Shown here piece by piece: positions 1 through 5,871 of a stretch of DNA of 9,508 nt. Numbering within the stretch: the stretch's first letter is position 1; each line of letters starts with the position of its first letter. The stretch comes from Nitrosomonas europaea (GTDB lineage: Bacteria > Pseudomonadota > Gammaproteobacteria > Burkholderiales > Nitrosomonadaceae): assembly GCF_900167395.1 (NCBI RefSeq), contig NZ_FUWK01000061.1, positions 1 through 9,508 of the forward strand. The letters are read 5' to 3'. The position numbers and the translations under genes were made by a program. The notes beneath the pieces were generated by a model, which was not told the DNA's origin, did not search any database, and was given only the letters and a program-made list of their open reading frames with translations.

Positions 1-89
1 CGATAAAATTACCGAATTGAATAACTGAATCTGATCTAACAGGCACTCGTCAAATCGGGTAACTGTCAGATCAGATCTCAACTACTACA
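1..89 (+). mobile_element. IRR-type end of an IS481-like insertion sequence (element body lies left of the window)
   Basis: Positions 63-89 (ctgtcagatcagatctcaactactaca) are the reverse complement of 9214-9240 (tgtagtagttcagatttgatctgacag), matching at 25 of 27 positions. The 9214-9240 copy precedes a transposase ORF. A subterminal 13-mer ttacccgRtttga occurs at 50-62 (rc) and at 9263-9275, at different offsets from the tip. That is expected for IRR versus IRL of one IS type. The TGT terminus fits the IS481 family. Confidence 0.6.
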
Positions 90-334
90 CCTGAATATTT
101 TGAAGACTGTATCAAAAAAATCTTCCCTGTTCACAGAAGCTGTCACAGCCATATTCATGAAATGGAGCAAGTCCTGTTTGACAGGCTCGGAACAATGTTT
201 CGGAATGACTTTGCACAAGCCGCATCAGCATAGAACAGAAAATTTAATTGCTATCTATTTTTAACACTTTGATTTTGAATTGAATAGTTAACGCATACCG
301 TTGTATGTGTGTCGTTTTCATCTCCGTAGATCAT

Positions 335-721
335 CTATAAATCCACAAGGGCCTTAAATCCACCGTAGGCCATCCGTGAGGGATCGAACGGCATGTTGTT
401 TTCATCACAAGCTTCTTGCATGCGCGGGTCGGCCATCACTTTTTTGTTCACTTCATCCCGGTGTTCGCGTGATTTATAGACGATAAAGGCAAAAATAACA
501 GTCTCTCCATCTTTTGTCCCCGCCAGTTTGCCGAACGGCGTTATTTTGCATGTTTCAGGTGCGTCTTCGGGCATTTCCGGTTTGGCATCTTCCAGCACGC
601 ATTCCTTGTATTGGAGCGCACCGTGTTCCATCCAGATTTTTCCTGCGCTTTCTGCCATTTGACGGTAAGCGTCAATTTTGCCTTCCGGCACAGGTAAAAC
701 AAATCCATCTACGTAAGTCAT
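335..721 (-). CDS. DUF1428 family protein (YbaA-like)
   Basis: The ORF track entry is 335..727. The translation MTYVDGFVLPVPEGKIDAYRQMAE...FIVYKSREHRDEVNKKVMADPR matches the DUF1428 pattern as I recall it. I prefer the ATG at 719-721 over the TTG at 725-727. It is the last gene of a co-directional minus-strand cluster. Confidence 0.8.
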   Translation of the reverse strand: MTYVDGFVLPVPEGKIDAYRQMAESAGKIWMEHGALQYKECVLEDAKPEMPEDAPETCKITPFGKLAGTKDGETVIFAFIVYKSREHRDEVNKKVMADPRMQEACDENNMPFDPSRMAYGGFKALVDL

Positions 722-799
722 AATCAAAAAACCTTTTTTGTGATTTATAAAATCGTATCTATCTTTTTTCGTGTGTCTTCACCCACCTGAATGATATTC

Positions 800-1279
800 T
801 CATTCGCGCACCGCAGCTTCGAGCGCAGCAATATTGATTTTGTTCATCGTCATCATCGCCTCGAAAGCACGTTTCGCTTTATCACGGTCTGATCCTGTCG
901 TCAGCTCCATGAGCCGCTTTGGCGTGATCTGCCAGAAAAAACCCCAACGATCCTGACACCAGCCACAATTATTCTCGCTGCCGCCGTTCTCTATGATCGC
1001 GTTCCAATAGCGGTCGGTTTCTTCCTGGTCGTTGGTCAGCACCATAAAGCTAACGGCTTGGTCAGGGGTAAAATTCGGCCCGCCATTCAAGCCGATAAAC
1101 GACTGCCCGAGCACGGTGAATTCAACGGTCAATTCATTGCCTTCCTGTCCGCCGGGAAAATCGCCGGGCGCGGTATTCACCCGTTCCACACGGCTATCGG
1201 GAAAGGTAGCGGCATAAAATTCTGCCGCTTTGCCCGCTTCGCCGTGGTCGAACCACAGGCATGTTGCAATTTTCTGCAT
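800..1279 (-). CDS. PhnB/VOC-like protein (3-demethylubiquinone-9 3-methyltransferase-domain family, PF06983-like)
   Basis: [29 protein letters not shown]...[15 protein letters not shown] is the typical signature of this family. I chose the ATG at 1277-1279 because it is preceded by AGGAGA (rc of 1284-1289). The longer track ORF (to 1351) would overlap the upstream gene. Confidence 0.85.
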   Translation of the reverse strand: MQKIATCLWFDHGEAGKAAEFYAATFPDSRVERVNTAPGDFPGGQEGNELTVEFTVLGQSFIGLNGGPNFTPDQAVSFMVLTNDQEETDRYWNAIIENGGSENNCGWCQDRWGFFWQITPKRLMELTTGSDRDKAKRAFEAMMTMNKINIAALEAAVRE

Positions 1280-1301
1280 GGATATTCTCCTGTTGATCAT
1301 T

Positions 1302-1553
1302 TTATCGGTGCGGGCAGCCGGGCCAGCAGCAAGGGCGGCGTTTACCTTCACTCAGACTTTCACAGCCCCAATTGATTCTCTTATTCCTCGTAGCTATTTT
1401 CTTGGCGGATTCGACCCAGCATATCCACTCATTGCGAGCAAGCGGGGTAATATCCTCCCAGGTTTCCAGGGCTTCAGGATGGGCAATCAAGGCTTTTTTT
1501 AAATCTTCCGGCAATTCATGAACCATACCGCCGGATATCTCTCTTTTTGTCAT
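1302..1553 (-). CDS. YdeI/OmpD-associated (OmdA) family small protein
   Basis: [47 protein letters not shown]...[14 protein letters not shown] matches the OmdA/YdeI C-terminal domain pattern. An alternative start is the ATG at 1524-1526. Confidence 0.75.
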   Translation of the reverse strand: MTKREISGGMVHELPEDLKKALIAHPEALETWEDITPLARNEWICWVESAKKIATRNKRINWGCESLSEGKRRPCCWPGCPHR

Positions 1554-1574
1554 TGCCTGTCTTTCTTGTGGCCA

Positions 1575-2087
1575 TCAGTACGCCTTTTCTTGTTTCAGCA
1601 ATTCTTCAAGCTGCGTAATCGTTGTGCCCCAACCTTCGTGGAAGCCCATCTCTTCATGCAATTTTCTTTGTCCTGGCGTATTATGCATCGCACAAGCCGT
1701 ATACCGGGTCCCCGATGATGTTGGCTGTAGCTCTATTACGGCAGTCATGACGATGTGGGCGCATTCTTTATCGCTCGTTGTGGCGGGTACGGCGGGTCTA
1801 TAATTTTTTACCAGGGCGCTTGTCCATATCAGACGTTTTTCATCTGTAACCTCCAGAAAGCATCCCGAGTTCGGAAATTTATTACCTTCCGGGTCTTGCA
1901 TGACCGTATAAAACTCTCCCCCAGGACGCAGATCAACCCGGCAATCTGAAATGCTCCAGGGTTTTGGAACAAACCATTTTTTAAGCAGTTCCGGTTCGGT
2001 CAGGCCGCGCCATACCAAATTTACAGGGACAGCCAGTTCTCGTTTAAGCATGAGGTCCAGCTCGGCATCAATTGGTGTTGTGCTCAT
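1575..2087 (-). CDS. SRPBCC superfamily protein, AHSA1 (activator of Hsp90 ATPase homolog 1-like) type
   Basis: The translation reads LKRELAVPVNLVWRGLTEPELLKKWFVPKPW...GWGTTITQLEELL. The start ATG at 2085-2087 is preceded by AAGGAAAT. It overlaps the upstream arsR-type gene by 20 nt, the common ArsR-SRPBCC gene pair arrangement. Confidence 0.85.
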   Translation of the reverse strand: MSTTPIDAELDLMLKRELAVPVNLVWRGLTEPELLKKWFVPKPWSISDCRVDLRPGGEFYTVMQDPEGNKFPNSGCFLEVTDEKRLIWTSALVKNYRPAVPATTSDKECAHIVMTAVIELQPTSSGTRYTACAMHNTPGQRKLHEEMGFHEGWGTTITQLEELLKQEKAY

Positions 2088-2430
2088 CGTTATTTCCTTT
2101 CGGTGTGTTATGTTCTGTTAAAAGCAATGCATCCAATGCGTCAAAACGTTCGTTCCAGAATTTCCGCATTTGGCTCAGCCATTCCCACATTTCATCCACG
2201 CCTTGCGGGTTTATAGAATATATACGCTGCTGCGCTCGCTTCTCCATCTTCACCAGTTCGGCTTCCCGCAACACTTTGAGGTGCTGCGATACGGCAGACG
2301 GGCTAATATCAAACTGATTACTGATATCCGAAGCGGCAATCTCCCCCTGCGCTGCTATGATCTCGATCATGCGGCGGCGGTTCGGTTCGGCGAGGGCTGC
2401 GAATCTATCCATATTTTCATTATTTAGCAT
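2068..2430 (-). CDS. ArsR/SmtB family transcriptional regulator
   Basis: FAALAEPNRRRMIEIIAAQGEIAASDISNQFDISPSAVSQHLKVLREAELV is the canonical ArsR winged-HTH. The start is uncertain (ATG at 2428-2430 or 2410-2412). The track ORF extending to 2490 runs through AT-rich promoter-like DNA and is unlikely to be translated. Confidence 0.85.
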   Translation of the reverse strand: MLNNENMDRFAALAEPNRRRMIEIIAAQGEIAASDISNQFDISPSAVSQHLKVLREAELVKMEKRAQQRIYSINPQGVDEMWEWLSQMRKFWNERFDALDALLLTEHNTPKGNNDEHNTN

Positions 2431-2500
2431 TAAATTAATTAAGTAAATTATGAAATAATGGGATGTGCCGTGGAATAAATAATAAGGCATTGTCGATTAA

Positions 2501-2662
2501 CGAATAACCGAAACCGAACCAGTCGAACGCGGTGCTATCTACAAGAAAGCTGAGGAACCGTGGGTTTCTTTTGCTGTTGAAGATCAGAGACTGATCACTG
2601 GACAGAATCTCGCCTCTGGCGGTGCTGTTGCAGATTTGCTGATTAAAGCCCTTGGGAAGTAA
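2501..2662 (+). pseudogene. 3' remnant (last ~53 codons) of a DJ-1/PfpI (type 1 glutamine amidotransferase-like) gene
   Basis: My own translation of the plus-strand frame ending at TAA 2660-2662 is RITETEPVERGAIYKKAEEPWVSFAVEDQRLITGQNLASGGAVADLLIKALGK. The motif D-x-x-LITGQN-x-AS...A..L is the characteristic C-terminus of DJ-1/PfpI proteins. An in-frame TAA lies at 2498-2500, and AT-rich DNA full of stops lies upstream, so the 5' part is missing. Confidence 0.6.
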
Positions 2663-2690
2663 AGTCTGAGGGGCCATAACCAATCTTCAA

Positions 2691-2719
2691 TTGCTTCTTA
2701 TACCAATAAATATTATAAT
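2691..2719 (+). promoter_or_regulatory. Sigma70-type promoter for parDE
   Basis: The -35 element is TTGCTT at 2691-2696, followed by a 17-nt spacer and a perfect TATAAT at 2714-2719. This lies 31 nt upstream of the parD ATG. GAGGAG is at 2739-2744. An imperfect dyad ATACC...GGTAT (2700-2726) overlaps it and could be the ParD operator. Confidence 0.6.
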
Positions 2720-2749
2720 TAGGTATATGCGTTTATTGAGGAGCAGGTT

Positions 2750-2992
2750 ATGCCGATACAAAAAAATACCAGTGTCACGCTGGGCGAGCATTTTGAGAAG
2801 TTTCTTGCACATCAGATTGAAGCCGGGCGCTACGGCTCGGCAAGTGAAGCGATCCGCGCGGGGCTGCGTCTGCTGGAAGAACGCGAGGCCAAGCTGGAAG
2901 CATTACGCCGTGCCCTGATCGAGGGCGAGCAAAGCGGCCCGGCTGATTATTCCCTGCAAAATGTTCTGGATGAGCTGGAAAGTGCAGACTAG
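2750..2992 (+). CDS. parD: Type II antitoxin, ParD family (CopG/RHH-like)
   Basis: NTSVTLGEHFEKFLAHQIEAGRYGSASEAIRAGLRLLEEREAKLEALRRALIEGEQSG is the canonical ParD (COG3609) sequence pattern. Its stop TAG at 2990-2992 abuts the ATG of the toxin gene. Confidence 0.9.
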   Translation: MPIQKNTSVTLGEHFEKFLAHQIEAGRYGSASEAIRAGLRLLEEREAKLEALRRALIEGEQSGPADYSLQNVLDELESAD

Positions 2993-3286
2993 ATGGGATC
3001 GTTTATCCTCAGGCAGAAAGCAATGGATGATTTACTGTCCATTGGCCGCTACACCCGAAAAGAATGGGGAAAAACCCAACAAATCCGCTATCTGACACAG
3101 CTTGACCGTGCATTTCATGAACTGGCGGACAAGCCCGGTCTGGGCCGGGCGTGTGATGATATCCGGGAAGGCTATTTCAAGTATGGGGTTGGTAAACATG
3201 TCATTTTTTACCGTCATACTGGAAAAGACCAAATTGAGATTATCCGTATCTTGCATGGCCGTATGGATATCGAACAGCATTTGTAA
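2993..3286 (+). CDS. parE: Type II toxin, RelE/ParE family
   Basis: The protein is 97 aa with ...HVIFYRHTGKDQIEIIRILHGRMDIEQHL, the typical ParE C-terminus. It lies immediately downstream of parD with no intergenic gap. Confidence 0.9.
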   Translation: MGSFILRQKAMDDLLSIGRYTRKEWGKTQQIRYLTQLDRAFHELADKPGLGRACDDIREGYFKYGVGKHVIFYRHTGKDQIEIIRILHGRMDIEQHL

Positions 3287-3321
3287 TGCTGTTTTTCTAT
3301 TTTACGGCCCTGATTCCATTA

Positions 3322-3358
3322 CCGCCGAAAACCATAGGATTTCGGCGGCACGATTTTT
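3322..3358 (+). terminator. Probable rho-independent terminator after parE
   Basis: A 9-bp perfect stem forms between CCGCCGAAA (3322-3330) and TTTCGGCGG (3340-3348) with a 9-nt loop. It is followed by cacgaTTTTT. It sits between the convergent parE and ardA genes. Confidence 0.55.
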
Positions 3359-3418
3359 CCCTCCAAACAGAGAAACTAAGCACTGCTGGCTGAAACCTGC
3401 AGCGCTTTGCTATGGTCT

Positions 3419-3934
3419 TTAGTGATTCCAGAAGATATGCACCTCTTCCCATCCTGTTTCCAGGGTGAACACATCGCCGTTTAGCTCCATATCGCGGGCC
3501 ATACGCTCGTAATCGATATAGTAAACGAGATTTACGGGAATCTGCGTGGTGTCTTCGGTTAGTTCTTCCGCAAAATCGGCCAGTGATTGATAGCAGCCGC
3601 AGTAATTTTCCTCTGCCGCTGTTCTGGCTTCTTCCAGGTCACCACTAAGATGATCCAGCAGTTCACTGCCGAAATCCGGATATTCGGTAATGAAGCAAGC
3701 CACCTCATGGGCGGTTTCAAGCCCTGCATACTCGCTTAAAATAAATCCGCCAAAGCCTTCATGGTCATGTATCGCATATTCCTCCGCGAAGTCTTCCGGA
3801 CTGTCAGTCAGCATCTGATTCACTTGTTCCCGGATAGCTTCCAGGTCGTCGGTCGCATTGATCCAGACACCATGAAGTTTGCCATTGTTGTAAGCCGCCA
3901 AATCTGCAACATAGATTCTGATCTCGGTGCACAT
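3419..3934 (-). CDS. ardA: Antirestriction protein ArdA (DNA-mimic inhibitor of type I restriction-modification)
   Basis: IYVADLAAYNNGKLHGVWINATDD...EEYAIHDHEGFGG...YYIDYERMARDMELNGD matches the ArdA family (PF07275) along its whole length as I recall it, for example against Tn916 Orf18 and ColIb ArdA. A strong AGGAGA lies 8 nt upstream of the ATG. Confidence 0.9.
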   Translation of the reverse strand: MCTEIRIYVADLAAYNNGKLHGVWINATDDLEAIREQVNQMLTDSPEDFAEEYAIHDHEGFGGFILSEYAGLETAHEVACFITEYPDFGSELLDHLSGDLEEARTAAEENYCGCYQSLADFAEELTEDTTQIPVNLVYYIDYERMARDMELNGDVFTLETGWEEVHIFWNH

Positions 3935-3959
3935 TGTCTTTTTCTCCTAATTCGGTGTT

Positions 3960-3998
3960 GGGGTTCAGAGCAAAGCGCTTTGCCTCGCTCAGAACCCC
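3960..3998. repeat. Imperfect 17-bp-arm inverted repeat in the ardA leader
   Basis: GGGGTTCAGAGCAAAGC (3960-3976) faces GCCTCGCTCAGAACCCC (3982-3998), giving 14 of 17 pairs. It contains the perfect 12-bp palindrome CAAAGCGCTTTG (3971-3982). It lies 26-64 nt upstream of the ardA start. Confidence 0.7.
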
Positions 3999-4029
3999 TG
4001 CCGACTAGGGCGACTAAGGCGGTCGTGAA

Positions 4030-4102
4030 AAAGTCAAGAAAAATTGCGGAGGGTCTACCCCACGTAGTGGATCAGGTGGAAACCGTCATTTTTCTTGACT
4101 TT
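4030..4102. repeat. Perfect 15-bp inverted repeat with ~43-nt spacer upstream of ardA
   Basis: AAAGTCAAGAAAAAT (4030-4044) faces ATTTTTCTTGACTTT (4088-4102). The pairing can extend by CGG/CCG (4047-4049 with 4083-4085). Each arm carries a TTGACT -35-like hexamer pointing outward. Tandem 9-mers cgactaggg and cgactaagg lie at 4002-4019. Confidence 0.7.
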
Positions 4103-4371
4103 GAGGGGGACAAGAACCCATCCGGTTTTATCGTCCATAAGTATTTATGAATAATGTTCTCTGCTTTAATTAACAAATTGTACTCATTACCCGTAATCAG
4201 AGCACCGCAAGCAGCAGAGTACTTTTTGATAGGCATACTTAACCACTTATTAACCCCTTCCTGTTAATGTAAAAGGGCCATTTTGCGTATGTGGCAACAC
4301 TTTGCGCAACTTGAGATCAACCGGGAGGCAGGGACATTGGGGCGTGGTGTGCCTGAAATTTCATCGAGAGT

Positions 4372-4421
4372 GGTTCAGAATAATTACATTATTCTGAACC
4401 TTTGGTATGCGGTAGCATACC
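4372..4421. repeat. Perfect 13-bp-arm palindrome followed by two mutually exclusive short hairpins
   Basis: GGTTCAGAATAAT-tac-ATTATTCTGAACC occupies 4372-4400. Next comes GGTATGC-ggta-GCATACC at 4404-4421, which overlaps GCGGT-agcat-ACCGC at 4409-4423. The region lies 40-90 nt upstream of the 4461 ORF. Confidence 0.7.
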
Positions 4422-4460
4422 GCGCCTTTCTGGTAGCCCAACTTTCTGTCGGGGCCGCCC

Positions 4461-5258
4461 ATGGTTAAGCCGACCGATGCAGAATTGCGGACTTCTGGCG
4501 GATTGACCAGTGTTTTTCTGAATTGCGATACTTGCCTGTCCGACGAAGACTTCAACCGTCTGCGCCGCATGGAGTTCACTCAAAATGAACACGCCATTTT
4601 GTACGGCCAGCTTGGCGGTTCCATCGCCGGGATGATCGAGCTTGGCCCGGTTGCCAGCCGAACCCAATCCAGACAAGACGAAGAACGCAAGACCGAAGAG
4701 CGCCGGACAGCACAGTTTGTTCAACTGGTTGAACAAATGCGCGCTTCCATTGAACAGATGGAAGCCGATGTCAAACGCCTCGTTGCATCATTCGAGAAAC
4801 GTGACGGGGATGCATGGCGCGAGAAGCTCGCGCTCAATATTCTAGAAGCTGACGAGATTCCACAACAGGAAGCAGATGAAAGCATTACTGCGTACCGCAA
4901 ACGACTGGAACAGCATCTCATCAATGAAATGCTGAACCCGGACGGTACGATCAAGGACAAGTACAAAAACGACCCGAAATATGGCGACTACGCCGAATGG
5001 GCGCAGACGCAATTCCACTTAAACAGCGCCAAAGCAGCTGTCGCGGAACTGGATAACAGTGATACCAGCCCGCAACGCAAGGAACACATTCTCGATGAAA
5101 TGAAACAACGCGGCTATATCGAGGAAATGGTATTTACTGATCGTATATCTGGAAATTTGGACGCACAAAAGTCAGTACGTGATATTCGTGATAGCCAGCA
5201 CGATGAAGCGCTTTCACAAGTACGACCTCCCGAAGCTACTTTGAAATTTTTGTCGTAA
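4461..5258 (+). CDS. Hypothetical protein, highly charged and coiled-coil-like, no family recognised
   Basis: This is a 265-codon ORF with no internal stops and a plausible amino-acid composition. There is no clear Shine-Dalgarno at 4461. In-frame alternative ATGs occur at 4569 and 4737, the latter directly after a 22-bp palindrome. Confidence 0.55.
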   Translation: MVKPTDAELRTSGGLTSVFLNCDTCLSDEDFNRLRRMEFTQNEHAILYGQLGGSIAGMIELGPVASRTQSRQDEERKTEERRTAQFVQLVEQMRASIEQMEADVKRLVASFEKRDGDAWREKLALNILEADEIPQQEADESITAYRKRLEQHLINEMLNPDGTIKDKYKNDPKYGDYAEWAQTQFHLNSAKAAVAELDNSDTSPQRKEHILDEMKQRGYIEEMVFTDRISGNLDAQKSVRDIRDSQHDEALSQVRPPEATLKFLS

Positions 5259-5259
5259 G

Positions 5260-5718
5260 CTACTGGAAGACGGGATTCGTGTTCGCCGCCCGTCTGGCAA
5301 TACCGGCAACCTGTTCACGTACATTGTCGATAAAAAATAATCCTTCCGTACCGCCACGAACATGAAACGCAATGCCAGCGGCAGGTGCATCGTTTTGTTC
5401 AAAGAAGAATTTGATGTTCGTCATGCCAAATTTTTTAAAATCCCGTGTAAGCACGGTCTTTATCTGATCATCCGTAACGCCCGACTGGGTTCCCATACGG
5501 ACAGAAATCCCTACTCCGTTGGGATTTTTTTCTGACCATTCACTTCCAGCCACATCGACACAAGGCTGTTTCCAGCAAGTGATATAGTCTTCCTTGGCCG
5601 ATAGCAATGCCTCCTGTGCGAAGGCAGCACTGCCGCTAAAAACTATAAACAATACTCCCCAAACTGTTATCCAAAGTCTGAAAAATCCATGATTTTTCAG
5701 TGCCTTGCACTGTGACAA
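5260..5718 (-). CDS. Small secreted/periplasmic protein of unknown function (Sec signal peptide)
   Basis: The N-terminus KALKNHGFFRLWITVWGVLFIVFSGSAAFA/QE has a basic n-region, a hydrophobic core and an AxA cleavage motif. The mature part contains a CWKQPC cysteine pair. The only in-frame start is the TTG at 5716-5718. Confidence 0.6.
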   Translation of the reverse strand: MSQCKALKNHGFFRLWITVWGVLFIVFSGSAAFAQEALLSAKEDYITCWKQPCVDVAGSEWSEKNPNGVGISVRMGTQSGVTDDQIKTVLTRDFKKFGMTNIKFFFEQNDAPAAGIAFHVRGGTEGLFFIDNVREQVAGIARRAANTNPVFQ

Positions 5719-5860
5719 AAGAGAACCATTTTGTCACAATTTGCATATTTTCTTATTGGTGGAAAAGCAGTCGATCTTGCTGGCTTTTCGACGTGATTAT
5801 TCCATTTTGAGTTGACGGGAGACGGTGATGAAGATAAGTCAAAAGGGTTCCCTTTTGTCT
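5711..5860. promoter_or_regulatory. res-like array of three dyad-symmetric sites upstream of the serine recombinase
   Basis: Site A is at 5711-5738: TGTGACAAAA-gagaacca-TTTTGTCACA (28 bp, perfect 10-bp arms). Site M is at 5759-5792: GTGGAAAAGC-14 nt-GCTTTTCGAC (34 bp, 9 of 10 arm matches). Site B is at 5837-5860: AGTCAAAAGGG-tt-CCCTTTTGTCT (24 bp, 10 of 11 arm matches). All half-sites share an N-C/G-AAAAG core. Confidence 0.5.
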
Positions 5861-5871
5861 AGGGATTGAAA

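Noticed and set aside
91-232. A stop-free plus-strand frame runs out of the left IS end and terminates at TAG 230-232 (…KIFPVHRSCHSHIHEMEQVLFDRLGTMFRNDFAQAASA*). It could be the 3' remnant of a gene cut by the IS.
   Set aside because: It has no start codon, I recognise no family, and it is only ~47 codons outside the IS. It cannot be distinguished from chance without a database search.
514-2427. Plus-strand track ORFs 514..723, 1032..1217, 1058..1375, 1230..1502, 1518..1718, 1755..1949, 2072..2317 and 2170..2427.
   Set aside because: All lie antisense to, and fully inside, well-supported minus-strand genes of the ArsR operon. Their translations are low-complexity, Cys/Arg/Ser-rich shadow-frame products.
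2435-2683. The 82-aa minus-strand ORF between arsR and parD.
   Set aside because: It is antisense to a plus-strand frame with a clear DJ-1/PfpI C-terminal signature, and it runs across the arsR promoter region. It is best explained as a shadow ORF of the pseudogene remnant.
2691-3422. Track ORFs 2691..2918 (+), 3032..3280 (-) and 3102..3422 (+).
   Set aside because: These are alternative-frame or antisense overlaps of the confidently identified parD and parE genes.
4030-4102. The 15-bp inverted repeat as a bona fide Frpo-type single-strand promoter.
   Set aside because: TTGACT -35-like boxes are present, but I found no acceptable -10 hexamer 16-18 nt downstream on either arm. Pairing also does not continue beyond the stem as it does in the long Frpo hairpins. 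I kept it only as a hypothesis in the findings.
3761-4150. The 129-aa plus-strand ORF.
   Set aside because: It is antisense to ardA for its first half, then reads through the palindromic leader region. It shows no coding-like features.
4339-4353. GGGGCGTGGTGTGCC resembles my recollection of the F-plasmid nic region (GGGGTGTGGTGC).
   Set aside because: The similarity is recalled from memory and is short and G-rich. The position of the adjacent inverted repeat relative to it does not match the MOBF arrangement. This is not enough to call a nick site.
4361-4736. Minus-strand ORFs 4361..4579 and 4389..4736, the latter with a hydrophobic N-terminus and a TTG start inside the 22-bp palindrome.
   Set aside because: They are antisense to the longer 265-aa ORF. 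Their composition is rich in Gly, Arg and Pro, as typical of shadow frames. They cannot be fully excluded if the plus-strand gene really starts at 4737.
5711-5738. TGTGA…TCACA as a CRP-binding site.
   Set aside because: The CRP consensus needs a 6-nt spacer between TGTGA and TCACA, and here the spacer is 18 nt. The recombinase-site interpretation fits better.
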